A DNA stretch of 64,000 bases from Eledone cirrhosa (GCA_964016885.1 OZ024745.1:36084001-36148000), one strand, 5' to 3'; positions 1-13,883 are shown, counted from the stretch's first letter. Made by a program: numbers and translations. The notes: generated from the sequence alone by a model not told the origin.

Positions 1-250
1 GTCCAAAGCTTGAAATCGAGATTTGAATAGAATGGTTCAATTTACAGAGATATGGCATGGGGGGGGGGGGGGTAGAGGTCACGGGGGGATTAAAGGATGG
101 GAATTCTTAGAAAAAACAAAATTTATTTAGAGATAGAAGTTTAGTAGCAGGTTGCAATTGTAATAAACACTATCTTATTCTATAGCACAATTTTGAACAA
201 AAGGTATATCAAATAGTTGATATAATCATCTGTGGAAATGGTAGGTTAGT
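1..250 (-). repeat. PLE 3' UTR fragment (same family as 1590-2745)
   Basis: About 60-133 is the reverse complement of about 2550-2625 (atctctaaataaattttg...cctttaatccc...tgacctct). Confidence 0.6.
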
Positions 251-255
251 ACTAG

Positions 256-703
256 GTCACAAGCACTCACGCCAACACACACGCGCCAACGCACACACAC
301 GCACACACACACACACATGCAGACGCACATAAATACATATATACACATACATATACCTATATACAGACACACATACAGACATACATACACATACATATAT
401 ATATACATCTATACATATATATATATATATACATACACACACATATATATACAAACATATACACACACACACGTACATATATATATATACATACACACAT
501 ATATATATACATACACACACATATACACACATATATCCATACACACATTCTTACACAAATACATATATATATATGAGTCACAAGCACTCACGCCAACACA
601 CACGCGCCCACGCGCACACACCCCCACACACACATGCAGACGCACATAAATACATATATACACATACATATACCTATATACAGACACACATACAGACATA
701 CAT

Positions 704-760
<57 letters not shown>
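256..760. repeat. Duplicated ~320-bp (CA)n/(TA)n-rich unit
   Basis: gtcacaagcactcacgccaacacacacgcgcc recurs at ~256 and ~577, each followed by the same compound microsatellite. Confidence 0.75.
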
Positions 761-1061
<301 letters not shown>

Positions 1062-1063
1062 CA

Positions 1064-1138
<75 letters not shown>

Positions 1139-1330
1139 ACGTAATGAATTCTCGATGGTTACATTGCGTAACTATCTTTATCCCATTACAGAAACTAATT
1201 AGTTGGAGTGAAAATTTTAGTAAGTAAGTTAATTTTTAATTTTTAAAATTTTCTTATTTTACGTCTTTCATATACATATATGTACATATATATATACACA
1301 TATATGTATATATATATACATATATATATA

Positions 1331-1410
<80 letters not shown>

Positions 1411-1417
1411 TACACAC

Positions 1418-1450
<33 letters not shown>

Positions 1451-1545
1451 TATATATACATACATATATATACATATACATGCACACACATACATACGCA
1501 CATATATATATACATACATACGTATACACACATACACACATACAC

Positions 1546-1586
<41 letters not shown>

Positions 1587-1589
1587 TAC

Positions 1590-2745
1590 AGATATAAACA
1601 CATATAAAAATACGCAAAGGGGAAAATTTAAGGAAACGATCAAGATATGAAAAACCATCAAATAACATGAATTAAAATTAAGTAACATAAGATACAAGTA
1701 GAGAAAAGTAAAGTATAAATTCTAAGTTTGAAAGTTAACAAAACGAAGGTAGGGTTGGGATGGGAGGGAGCGCGGTGGAGTTTGTTTAATGTTGATTCCG
1801 TTGTCTTATGGGATCATCGGTCAGGGGGAAGAACTGGTCTCTATGACTTGTAAGTGCATAGTTTTTGTGCATGCAATTCAAGCAGTGTTCTGAGAGTCTA
1901 TTGAGTAAGGGTCCTTTGGCGAATAGTATTTCGTAACTCTCGGAAATACAAAGGTCACAACAATTATGGCCTCCTGTGTAAGACTGCGCTCTCTGGAGTA
2001 GTTTCCATTTGAGCGTAAAAGGGATGGAGTTCCTTGTTAGGTCCCAGACATGGGCGGCGAGTGTTATTTCGTTGGACTTGTCCGGGCGTCGAAAAGAATG
2101 GGTGTGTGAGTACCAACGGGTCTTAAAGTTGTTGGAGGTCATCCCGATATACGTCTTTCTCTCTTCATCAGGGCCAGAGATGACATCATATTTGTATACA
2201 ATATCCTTTGTAAGACATTTATTGCTGAAGGGGCATGCACCCTTATCGTGGCAGTTGCACAGGACCTCAGTGATGGGTTTCGGAGGGAGTAGGATTATCT
2301 AACTTAGTAATATTAATATTGGCTAAGTTCCTAACTAGATTTGGTGTAGTGGAGTAAGAGAGTCTGGTTGTATTCTTATTAAAGATGGTGTAGCACCTAT
2401 GTTGGGTGGGGAAGTGTTTGTGAAATAGAGTAAAGAAATGTTTTGCTATAGGTGTAGATACCTCGCGGTTGAAGGTGGGGGGTATTGTACCAGCTAATTT
2501 GCCTCTTCCTATTTCTCCTGGGTGGGCGTGGGGCTATTCTGAGATAAGAGATCTCTAAATAAATTTTGTTTTTTCTAAGAATCCCCATCCTTTAATCCCA
2601 CCATGACCTCTTACCCCCCCCCCCCCATTACCCTTCCCTTATCATGGCAAAATGTATAAAGACCAAAAATCTACATTGACAGTCGGCTTCCTGATGATTG
2701 CCTCCGAATGAAACTGTTCTAGTTCTGTAGAAGCCATTTCTATAT
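1590..2745 (-). mobile_element. 5'-truncated Naiad-type PLE (linker + GIY-YIG endonuclease) with inverted pLTR at the 5' junction
   Basis: CNCHDKGACPFSNKCL (CxCx5Cx5C), GMTSNNFKTRWYSHTHSF, CDLCISE in and upstream of ORF 1786-2142. RQISWYN lies near 2490. 2549-2742 is an inverted UTR/pLTR. Confidence 0.85.
2685..2735 (+). ncRNA. Hammerhead ribozyme motif (partly degenerate)
   Basis: GGCTTC-CTGATGA...GAAAC...GTA-GAAGCC with a 6-bp stem I. Stems II and III carry mismatches. Confidence 0.6.
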
Positions 2746-2772
2746 ATATATATATATATATAATATAGATGA

Positions 2773-2821
2773 GATTCTACAGGACTAGAACTGTTTCATT
2801 CATTAGAAATCATCAGGAATC
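2773..2821 (-). ncRNA. Hammerhead ribozyme motif (mirror copy)
   Basis: Exact reverse complement of 2824-2872 within the palindrome 2761-2884. Confidence 0.75.
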
Positions 2822-2823
2822 AT

Positions 2824-2872
2824 GATTCCTGATGATTTCTAATGAATGAAACAGTTCTAGTCCTGTAGAATC
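2824..2872 (+). ncRNA. Type I hammerhead ribozyme motif in solo pLTR (2761-2958)
   Basis: GATTC-CTGATGA-T-TTCtaatGAA-T-GAAACAG-ttctagtc-CTGTA-GAATC. Stem I covaries with the copies at 889 and 2685. Confidence 0.8.
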
Positions 2873-2955
2873 TCATCTATATTAAAACTGTTATACTCTG
2901 CTATGTATTGAGTACCTTACTTACTGTGGTTACCTCCGATTCAACCCGGAATAAC

Positions 2956-3011
<56 letters not shown>

Positions 3012-3529
3012 TAAAGTGTTAAACAATATTCAATGAGTATGTCAAAGAATGAGTTTTATAGTATTTAATTTTTTTAAATATAATTACTGCACTTTAAAAT
3101 CTAAAATTTAAAACAGATTCAAACTGATTCAAATAAATGTGGATTTTTGCTGCGTTTTTTATCTCTTATTTATAATATAATGTATTAAAATATGTATGTA
3201 ATTATATATTATATTTTATATATTTTTAAATATACCTACCACATTTCTATATACATGATTCAAATATAGAGAAAATATCCAAGCTAAAAATTATTATAGA
3301 CATTATTTTGAACTCTGAATTATCCATGCACCTATTATTGTTTTTCTTATATATATATATATATGTATTTAAATGTAACACGTTGAATTCTATTTTATAA
3401 AATTATAACCGTTATCATTTACCTAAAGTACACTGCACCACTAATACCTAATATATATATATATATATATCTTCCTATACATAATTTTTAGTTTACTTCT
3501 AAATTTCTTGATTATGTACAGTCTGAACT

Positions 3530-3963
3530 AAGAATAATTAATGCATTTACACCCTGTTATATATGGGTGTATATTTAACCGTAACATGCCTCAATCTAAT
3601 ATTTTATTTTTATTTTCGTTATATTTACCTAAAATATACTGGCTCATTAATATATATCTATATACATAATCGTTATTTAAATATTTCTAACAATAAATAC
3701 TTCAGAAGCTTTACATACCTAATATGTTCGTATCTTCGTTAAAGAATAATTAATACATTTACACCTAGTTATATATAGGTTTATATTTAACCTTAACATG
3801 CCTCAATCTATTATTTTATTTTATTTTTATCTTCGTCGTTATTATTTACCTAAAATATACTGGCTCATTAATATATATCTATATACATAATCGTTATTTA
3901 AATATTTATGACAATAAATACTTCAAAAGCTTTACATACCTAATATCTTGGTATCTTTGTTAA
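3530..3963. repeat. Tandem duplication, ~212-222 bp unit
   Basis: aagaataattaat..catttacacc...ggctcattaatatatatc...ctttacatacctaat occurs twice, with a more diverged copy just upstream. Confidence 0.8.
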
Positions 3964-4576
3964 AGTTTAAATTTAGGAAAATAACCAACAGTATAATATT
4001 TCATTCTTGATGTGCCAGCTAAATCCTTTAAATGTTACCCTCATAAAACTCAGAAGCTTAGAAATGATAACACACTTATTGAATTTATAAAACTAATATA
4101 TAAATAACAGCAAAAAAACACCGAAATCTTGAGTCTTCACGCTAATATTATAAATTAAATATTTTCAAATTTAACCGTTTAACTTTGGGAAAATATCTCC
4201 TTCTGCATATTTATCTTTCCATCTTTATAAATCCCTTTCCAGTGGCTATCACTGCCTGTTATGATTCATGAGATGCTTTCCTAGATATATCATACATTTT
4301 AAAATCTCTATAACAGTTACATTAAGCAACGTTTTTCTTACTCACACATTCTCTAATGAATTTATTACGTTTTCGCATTTTCTCATAATTAGGGTATATA
4401 TGTTAAATTTTCTCTTAGGGTAATCACTACCTTGATTAAATCTTAACCATTTAACAGCTCAGGGTATGTCATGTATCATTATATTTTGTCTGATGAAGAC
4501 CTCATGTTGTACATCCGAAATATGTATAAAAAATGTAATTGATCAAAAGAACATCTATTTTATTATTATTTATATT

Positions 4577-4666
<90 letters not shown>

Positions 4667-4673
<7 letters not shown>

Positions 4674-4825
4674 TAACAGATTAAAGTTTAAGCGGCGATT
4701 ATTTGCTTAAACTTTAATCTGTTATTTTAATAAATATTTGCTCTACGGTTCTTATATATTTGATATATATTTATCCTTATCGAGCCCTCTTTGGATTTTA
4801 GTCTTCTAATTTATTATTATTACTA
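4667..4825 (+). repeat. Fold-back pLTR fragment of the Naiad family at 13975-17418
   Basis: Matches 17255-17378. Hairpin arms are 4667-4693 and 4705-4731. Confidence 0.75.
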
Positions 4826-4846
4826 TATATATATATATATATATAT

Positions 4847-5730
4847 GCGGACAGTTAACCAAAAGACACTCCACCAGACATGACAACTGCTGCAGGCTAG
4901 CCAACTGCCCCATCAACGACACAGACCTATGCCACTAGGCCTACGTCGTATACAGACTAGAGCGCGACAAATGCAGCAACTTCTACGTAGGTAGCACCAC
5001 CAGACCACTCCACATAAGAATAAAAGAACACCTCAATACTAACGCTTCCTCATTTAAGAAACACCGACAAAACCATAACAGTTAGGATAGAAACTGAGGA
5101 AAGAAACCTCGGCAATCTTAGAATTAAGGAAGCACTAATTATAGACAAAACACAACCACCAATCAATAATAGACGAGAACTCAACACCCAATTCATAAAT
5201 TGATATAGCATCTAGCCCCATATTTACACCCCCCTCCAAGACACACGCACACACACACACACACTTACACCACCACTTATTCTCTCTCACACACATATAC
5301 ACACACAAAGACCAGTTCTAACACGAGATAACATCTATCCCCCACATATACGTATAGACATATCTTCTCAGACTCACACACACACACACATACACATACT
5401 TACACCTCACACATTCTCCCACACACTTCAACACTGTACAAAAAACCTTTTAAAGGGAGACTACTCTTTATCCACCTAACCTTGACTCTTTGACATTAGA
5501 GATAGAACAGATACTCTATACCATTTCCTGTCAGTATGACTTGGCAAGCTATTTAGAACACTGGTTTAACCGCTTTACTTCCCTCCGAAGAAGAGATATT
5601 ATCTCGAAAATTAAGGACATTTAAATAAATCTAAGGTAAAAGACTAATTGTCAACAATATCTTTTGCATTTGCATTCTTTATTCTATGTCCATACCTGCA
5701 TTGTTTTAGCTTTATTATACATATACAAAC

Positions 5731-5735
<5 letters not shown>
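4847..5735 (+). mobile_element. PLE 3' fragment: GIY-YIG endonuclease pseudogene + UTR/pLTR
   Basis: Translates CRLANCPINDTDLCH*AYVVYRLERDKCSNFYVGSTTRPLHIRIKEH...LRIKEALII...PPINNR. Flanked by (TA)n. Confidence 0.8.
5582..5616 (+). ncRNA. Minimal hammerhead-like motif (U4>C)
   Basis: CCT-CCGAAGA-A-GAGATattATCTC-GAAAATTA-AGG. Confidence 0.5.
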
Positions 5736-5766
<31 letters not shown>

Positions 5767-7018
5767 ATATGGCATGGGGAATTAGCATACTGTGGCGATT
5801 GAACATTATGAAAATAGAATTATAAGCTTTCACCGTAAAATGACAATAGAAAATAGATTAATATTAGCCACCTAAAAGACAGTTGAACACTAGCGTGTGT
5901 GAGAATCGTACATTTATCTTTTTTCGCGATAAGTACGGAAACCGATTGCACCAGCAGGCCCACCCTATTTTTCCAATAGGGTGCATGAGTTGCTCTAATG
6001 GGTTGGAATACTTATTATGATAAGAAATGTGGGTTCGGTTATAACGCTCGCTAATTTCCACTTTTCCGTTACGGGTGTTCATTCCCATAGATTAGACTAT
6101 TTTCTACAGTCAATTTATGAGGAAATCTTTTAATTGTTCTTTCGAAATTTCGGAATTGTTAGTAGCAGAGCCAATATAACCAGGGTGAGAAGCAAGGGGT
6201 GTATTGGTGTTTTGAAATGGATATGTAGGTAGCTGTATGCAGTAAAAGAGAGGATATGAGAAAGGAGAGAACGGAGGAATAGAAATAGTAAAGAGAAATA
6301 AGAATTTGGATGAGGTGAAAAGCGATGGTGATCAATGGGTTGGGGAAGTGCTGAAAAAATGTTCAGATGTGGCGAGGAAAGGAAATAAGGAGGAAGGCAA
6401 ATAAAATGAGGTAATATAAAAGGGAGTGGGGGAAGGAACAAATAGAAAAAGACAATGTAAAAGGAACAAAAGAAGATAATAGGAAAAAGGAAAGTAAAAC
6501 AACAAAAGTAAGCGAGTGAAGTGGAAGAATAAATAAATAATGGTATTAAGCGATCATCATGTTAAATAAAAGATTGATAAACCAAATAAACAGAAAATAA
6601 AACAGGAGTGTACCCGTGTATATCACCTAATAGGAGTTAATAGCAAGCGCATTTCATCCAAATAGTTTTTTTTTTCAAACTGTACTTTTGAGAATTTGGG
6701 GAAAAGGGTAATATATGATTGTGGACAGCTGATAAACAGGATTTCACTGTTGTGTTTCAACACAAACGAAAGAGTAAAATATATTCCAACAATACATAGT
6801 AAATGGAAATAGGTCTTCTCTTTTTAGTTAAGCGCCAAATAATGTTTTACCAGTAATGTCTCCGAGGACAGTTAAATTGAGTATTCAGTTACTGATGAAA
6901 TATCAAAGCGTGCTTGACACCAATCACAAACACTTCACTATATTCTATAGGGTGGCATTGAAGGAGAAACCTAGCCCACCCACCCCCATATATATATATA
7001 TATTTGTGTGTGTGTGTG

Positions 7019-7161
<143 letters not shown>

Positions 7162-7203
7162 GTATGTGTGTGTGTATGTATATATATATTTATATATAAT
7201 ATT

Positions 7204-7392
7204 GGTGGATTGGCAGTATCGGTAAAGGTTCGGACGTCATGCTTTGACGCATAGAGTTACGGCCCTTGTCATTCTGAGTTCAAATCCCGCCGAGGTTGAC
7301 TTTGTCTTTCATCCTTACGGGGTCGATAAAATAAAGCACTAGTAATGTACTGGGTAATTGCTGGCCTTGTGCCTAAAGTAGAAATAATTATA
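7204..7392 (+). mobile_element. tRNA-derived SINE, full length
   Basis: A-box-like TGGCAGTATCGG, B-box GAGTTCAAATCCC, body gaggttgactttg.ctttcatccttacggggtcgataaaa and tail ggccttgtgcctaaagtagaaa.aatta. Many copies occur in the window. Confidence 0.9.
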
Positions 7393-7444
7393 TTATACTT
7401 ACAGTCTGTTTAGTTCTACATCTCAGGTGAACCTACAGTAACTG

Positions 7445-7488
<44 letters not shown>

Positions 7489-7536
7489 GATAAACATTGA
7501 TTTTTCTTGTCGAGACGAGGCGAAATTATATTAGAT

Positions 7537-7906
7537 CTCATAGGAAAATGAGAAAACTCAACGCTAGAAAAGCTGTTAAAACAGGTATATGCTGTCGAAT
7601 GCAGAAACTGCTTAAATTGCAGATACAGATATATGATCCCTGAAATACAGAAAAGATTATGAGAGGAGTCAGACAAGGAAAAAACCTATTGGCGCATAGA
7701 TGTGTGTATGCACTTGTCTTGTACATCGCCTCTCTTTATTTCCTACTTTCAGTCTCTTCTGAGCAACAATAAGCTTTTCCTTGCCCTACTATTCTCTCAA
7801 TCTTCTCTGTTTCATCTGCCTGGGGCTTTTTTGTATATCGCTGGGATTGACTGCATATAGTTGTGTTAACAGTTGCTCTAGAGTTGAGTTTTCTCATTCC
7901 ACTATG
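7537..7906. repeat. Diverged inverted repeat pair, family unknown
   Basis: atgagaaaactcaacgctaga..ctgttaa at ~7548 versus ttaacag..tctagagttgagttttctcat at ~7866-7898. Confidence 0.5.
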
Positions 7907-8324
7907 AATATATATATATATATATGTGTGTGTGTGTATGTGTGTGTGTTTGCGTGTATAAACTCCACTATGGTCAGTTAACCAGAGAGTGTACTAACTG
8001 CTTTACCTAGCAAATACGATATTCAATTTCTGTCCATCTTACTGCCCGTCTGTATCATGTATAAAATTCTCCCTCCGCCTCCTTAGATATTTTCACTAGC
8101 TACAAAGGAAACAGTCCTTTTTTCTGAGGTGTCTCTTGAAATCTGATTTACCTCACAACGATGGTCCATTTCTATGATGTAGCTGTTGTATATATGGAAA
8201 AGGAAACTGCAGTCGGGATTTGAAGAAAGATAGGCATATTTTTGTCTATTATTTCCTCTTATTTTGTAATTATATGTATATATATATATATATAAACACT
8301 TATTAGCAATACATACCCTTTTCA

Positions 8325-8980
8325 AAGACCTCCCTGTATAGATAAGAATATAGTGTACATAGGTGAGACGGCTCGTAGTATAAGTGAATGGTTAAATGAA
8401 CACTGGCGAGAACTTCAAGATAAAAAAGAATCATCAATACTCCACCAACATGATAAAATAGAACATAAGGGTAAATTAGAGAACATAGAAATAAAAATAG
8501 AATCTACACACAGAAAAGACGCAATTTTTAGACAAATCACAGAGGCAATAAACATAAATGAACTCCAACCAAAATTAAATAGAAAACATGAGTGGAACAG
8601 CAACATCACAACTTACAATTAAGGACAAAATGAAAACACACACGCATATAGAACAAACAACCAACCAGTAACATGTAAATAAACAAATAAATAAACGAAT
8701 ATAAACACACACAGACACCTGGATGTAACACATGCGCAAACTAAGCACACAACACAATATGGTGTAGGACAGAACAAAGGAGAGGCACAACAATAAAGGA
8801 AATAATCCCCAGTCCCTGAAGATGTCACAGAATGTGTGACGAAAGAACTTTGACAATATATAAACAATCATCTGATTGTGGAACCAACCAACTGGAAATT
8901 TATAAATTTATTATAATAAATTGAAGTGAAAGCAAATGGTGCGTGTGTTTCTTATTGGCAACATGACCCTCTCAAAGTAT

Positions 8981-8987
<7 letters not shown>
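8325..8987 (+). mobile_element. PLE 3' fragment: GIY-YIG endonuclease (8353-8622) + pLTR
   Basis: YIGETARSISEWLNEH...LHQH...RQITEAINI..LQPKLNRKHEW. The pLTR ends in (TA)n. Related pLTR pieces lie at 19823-20197, 21436, 22100-22195 and 30350. Confidence 0.85.
8812..8854 (+). ncRNA. Minimal hammerhead motif
   Basis: GTC(C)-CTGAAGA-T-GTCAC..GTGAC-GAAAG-AA-CTT-TGAC. A better-paired copy lies at 19976-20018 (-). Confidence 0.6.
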
Positions 8988-9048
<61 letters not shown>

Positions 9049-9187
9049 GGGTGTGTATGATTGTGTATAGAAGATTATATTAATAAGAGGAATTGTCTGA
9101 TTTACTCGCTTTATTTACAATCCTTTAAAATTTATAATGGTATTATAATGAAATAGTATGATAGAATATTAAATTCTAAGTGTTAAT

Positions 9188-9226
9188 TGAACAAGTACTT
9201 TCATGCTTTCGCAATCTTCAGGTTCA
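9188..9226 (-). ncRNA. Minimal hammerhead ribozyme motif
   Basis: TGAAC-CTGAAGA-T-TGCgaaaGCA-T-GAAAG-TA-CTT-GTTCA with palindromic AAGTACTT. An inverted copy lies at 12537-12575 (+). Confidence 0.75.
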
Positions 9227-9746
9227 TAATATGTGGTGACAGTCAAGTTTGCAATTTTCAACTGTAATAAGATGGGTAAATTTTCTACCTTTTATACATT
9301 TTATACAGGGAAAAGTGGCTCCAGAATCCTAAGTCTTGCAAACTGTATTTCGACCAATCAGTGTGTAGTTTCACTTAATTACTAAAGCTGATTGGTTTAA
9401 GCGTCACGGCTGGTTGAGCATGTCTAACGACCAATAATTAATCATATCCAAAGCATCAATTGTTTGGCTATTTTTAGAAATGATGAAAATAGCATTTTCT
9501 ATTAATCGTGATGATTAATAGAAAATGCTATTTCCATCATTTCTAAAAATAGCCAAACATTTGATGCTTTGGATATGATTAATTATTGGTCGTTAGACAT
9601 GCTCAACCAGCCGTGACGCTTAAACCAATCAACATCACTTTTATTATTATTATTATTGTTGTTGTTGTTGTTGTTGTTGTTTTTGGTGGTGTTGTTGTTA
9701 GTGGTCGTAGTCATAGTGATAGTAGAAATAATATCCCTAAGCGTTA

Positions 9747-12155
9747 TTATTGTTCATTTAGCTTGGGTTTGAATTTATCAATACAATTCTTTTCTTTGAT
9801 TTTTCTCATGATTTCACTTGGGCTGTGTAATTTGTAGAATGGGAATATTATAAATATTCCCTGACCACATGTTGCTAGATGGTTACTTAGGGGTATCTCA
9901 CGGACATTTGGGTCTCTGATTTGTTGACGGTGTACCCGTGCATGTTCCGATAGTGCATTTCCAGTTTGACCGACATATAGTTCTTCAGAATGCGGGCATT
10001 TAATGCAGTAAATTAGATTTCTGCTTTTGCAGTTCATATTTGCATTTTGGAATATTTTTCCAGTTTTTGTTTTCATATATTGACCGGCGTGTATGGATTG
10101 ACATGTGCCGCATCGACTATCATTGCATTTAGATACAGTGAATGATTGGTCTTTGTTGTTAAGGTCAAATTTGCTTTTGTTAGTAATTGCTTCAAATTTT
10201 TTGGCTGTCTTTTACTAAGAGTCAAAGATCGATCTGTGATTAAGCCTTTTAATACATTACTTTGAGCAATGATCGGTAGGTTTGCTTTGGCAGTGTTAAG
10301 ATATTCTGGTGACATGGGTTGTGTGTCATTATAAATGGTATGACCAGTTCTTGGTTTCTTCTTCCTTGGGTTGTCCTAAGTTGTTTTATAGGTATATTTA
10401 TAGCCCGCTGTATGCCATTTTCTATAAGTAGAGATGGGTATTTTTGTTTGAGCAAAAATTCTCTTAGTTCTGTTAGACGTCTGTACCTGGTATTCGTATC
10501 TTCTACAATGGTACAAATTCTTCTGGCTAGGCAGTATGGGATGTTGCGTTTTGTATGAGGTGGATGGCACGACTTAAAATTCAGATATTGATGGGTGTCT
10601 GTGTGTTTATAATATATATCCGTGGTAATGGTGGTGTCGTTTTTGATTATCATTATATCTAGGAATGGTAAGTTGGTCCTACTCATCTCTTTTGTGAATT
10701 GAAGAGATGGATGTAGGTTATTCAGGAGGATATTGAACTCATCCAGAGTATCTAGAGATTCTATCCAGATGATGAAACAGTCGTCAAGGTATATCTTCCA
10801 AGATTTTTCAATGTACTTTCTAAAGTCAGTACTATATTTTTCCTCTATTTCTTGGTAGAGTTGTTGTTCTAAGTATCCCATTACAGAGTTCGCGTAAACG
10901 GGAGAAAACTTCGTTCCCATCGCTGTGCCTCTAATTTGGATGTAATTCTTTCCATTGAAGAAGAAAGTGTTGTTTTCCAGAATAAGTTTAACTGCGCCTA
11001 ATATAAATGGCGCTGTGAATCTGATGGGAATCACTTCTCTATGTTTTTCCACCCAGTATTTAACCGCCTTTATTCCTAAATCATGTGTAATGTTGGTGTA
11101 AAGGCTTACCACATCAAAACTGAGTAGAAGTGAATTGGTTTCCGTGGTTTTGGGAAGATGGGACAGGAAGTCGATATCATCCCGGATGAAACTGGGTATG
11201 TGAATACATAGTGGTTTCAAAATAATTGTTTCTACTTTAGGCACAAGGCCAGCAATTACCCAGTGCATTACTGGTACTTTATTTTATCGACCCCGTAAGG
11301 ATGAAAAGCAAAGTCAACCTCGGCGGGATTTGAACTCAGATCGTAAAGGGACGTAACTATGCTGGAAAGCATGGCGTGCGACCCTCTACTGATACTGCCA
11401 ATCCACAAAATAATGTCAACAAAATTGCTTAGACGGTGGGTGGGGCATGTTGGACCAGCTATAATAGGTCTAAGTTTTAAGTCTTTTGGGTGTAATAATT
11501 TAATGTACTCACTGTTTTGTTCTCTTACTGCCAGTTGTATTTCTTTTGACTTATGAACTTTCCGTAGGCCATACAGGTTGCTGGGTTTCGGCTCAAAATT
11601 GGTGATGTAGTCTCTTTCCTTATCAGTAAGTGAGTTGTGGTATTTTGAAGCCAGGTTGTTGATCTTCTTCATAATGTTGTGGTCTATATTAGACGGTATT
11701 TAATGATAGAATGTTGTGTCTTTCAGTTGTTCCTCAACCAAATCCTTGTAGTATTCAGTATCAATTATAACAACTGCACCCCCTTTATCTGCTTGTTTAA
11801 TTATTATTGTTTTATCATTTTGTATACGTTTAAGTGCAGACATTTCTGATTTGTTAATGTTTGGCCTAACATTAGTATTATGTCTAAGAGGAAATTTAGA
11901 CAGGATGTCATTGTATTGGTCGAAATAGATATTTCTTCCTTTTGGCGGAGTGAAATTTGATTTATTCTTTACTAGTGATTCATCACTCTCATTACTTTTA
12001 TCAGCGAAGAATTCTACAAGACGTAATTTTCGACAGAATTCTTGGGTATCCTCCTTCAGTTCTTGGTGGTTGACTGTTGGAGTCGGTGCGAATTTCAGTC
12101 CTTTTGACAGAATTTGCATTTCATCATTGTCAAGATCTCTTTTAGATAAATTAAT
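9747..12155 (-). pseudogene. Neptune RT + GIY-YIG ORF, frameshifted and SINE-interrupted
   Basis: IINLS, KQADKGGAVV, LRPIIAGP, FDVVSLYTNI, GTAMGTKFSPVYAN, YLDD, RCGTC linker, LIYCIKC..LYVGQT. Confidence 0.93.
11227..11405 (-). mobile_element. SINE inserted in the Neptune RT
   Basis: Same SINE as 7204. CAAAATAAT is duplicated at 11218-11226 and 11406-11414. Removing the insert restores NFVDIILKPLC. Confidence 0.93.
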
Positions 12156-12689
12156 TATCACTATGACTACGACCACTAACAACAACAACAACAACAACAG
12201 CAACAACAACAACAACAACAATAATAATAATAATAAAAGTGATGTTGATGGTGATGATTAATAGAAAATGCTATTTTCATTATTTCTAAAAATAGCAAAA
12301 CAATTGATGCTTTGAATATGATTATTTATTGGTCGTTAGACATGCTCAACCAGCCGTGACGCTTAAACCAATCAGCTTTAGTAATTCAGTGAAACTACAC
12401 ACTGATTGGTCGAAATACAGTTTGCAAGACTTAGGATTCTGGAGCCACTTTTCCCTGTATAAAATGTATAAAAGGTAGACAATTTACCCATCTTATTACA
12501 GTTGAAAATTGCAAACTTGACTGTCACCACATATTATGAACCTGAAGATTGCGAAAGCATGAAAGTACTTCTTCAATTAACACTTAGAATTTAATATTCT
12601 ATCATACTATTTCATTATAATACCATTATAAATTTTAAAGGATTGTAAATAAAACGAGTAAATCAGACAAAGTTGGAATTCCTCTTATT

Positions 12690-12781
<92 letters not shown>

Positions 12782-13491
12782 GAGAGAAAGAAAGTGAAAT
12801 AGAGAGTGAGAGAGACAAAGAGAGAATGCGTGGGGAGAGAAAGAAAGAGTGATATTGATATAGATATACATGTATGTATATATATGCATGTATGTAACAG
12901 CATGATCAGTAGTTGATTAATTATTATATATTTAATTCAATGAAGACAAATATGTCGATAGAGATGAAAATATTTCACATACTTAATGTTAAACTTAATA
13001 TTAACTTCGAATCGGCACACTTATCTCTTGTTGTGTGGAATTATATTATAAAATGTAAATTCTCTTTGAAAGCCTTTCGTTTGCATGATATAAAGTATGT
13101 TCATGTTTAAAAATCTTTGGTCTCATGCAGATATGTTTGAAGTTAGCCATCGTAATTGATGTTTGAACATATGTCAGATAGTAATGTTATGATGTAGTTG
13201 TATTCACTCCAGTAAAAGGGATGAATGCAAATGAATGGAAAGGTTTGAAACGAAAATACACACATAAGCACGCTTTCCCACTGCAGCCTCATTACTTTAT
13301 CTCATCTCATTAACAGATGCACGGAAATTAATACATACACAGGCAGACAGACACCCACACACACGCGCACACACACAGGCAGACAGATATAGACACACAC
13401 GCACACACACACATACACTTACATCCACATAACCATGTATATATATACTTATACGTGTGAGTGTGTGAGCTAGTATGTAAATATATATACA

Positions 13492-13668
13492 TTTGGTACA
13501 AGGCCAACAATTATCTAAGTACAATAGTGTTACACTATTTTATTGACACCGTAAGGATGAAAGGCAAAGTTAACCTCGGTGGGATTTGAACTCAAGTCGT
13601 AAAGGGGCGTAACTCTATGTTGCAAAGCATGACGCTCGACCATCTACCGATTCTGCCAATCCACCGCC

Positions 13669-13669
<1 letters not shown>
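13492..13669 (-). mobile_element. SINE copy
   Basis: ggatgaaaggcaaagttaacctcgg..gggatttgaactc...tgccaatccaccgcc. Confidence 0.85.
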
Positions 13670-13760
<91 letters not shown>

Positions 13761-13761
13761 C

Positions 13762-13883
<122 letters not shown>

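Larger units (their letters stand above)
9080..12692 (-). mobile_element. Neptune-type PLE with 3' pLTR and an inverted copy of its 3' end at the 5' junction
   Basis: 9080-9721 is mirrored by 12156-12692, with an extra hairpin at 9390-9630. Flanked by (TA)n/(GA)n. Confidence 0.9.

Noticed and set aside
7204-7290. tRNA gene
   Set aside because: The A/B boxes belong to a multi-copy SINE head followed by the SINE body and tail. No full cloverleaf is evident.
9080-12692. DNA transposon with long TIRs
   Set aside because: The interior encodes PLE RT and GIY-YIG. The inverted ends are a copy of the 3' UTR/pLTR.
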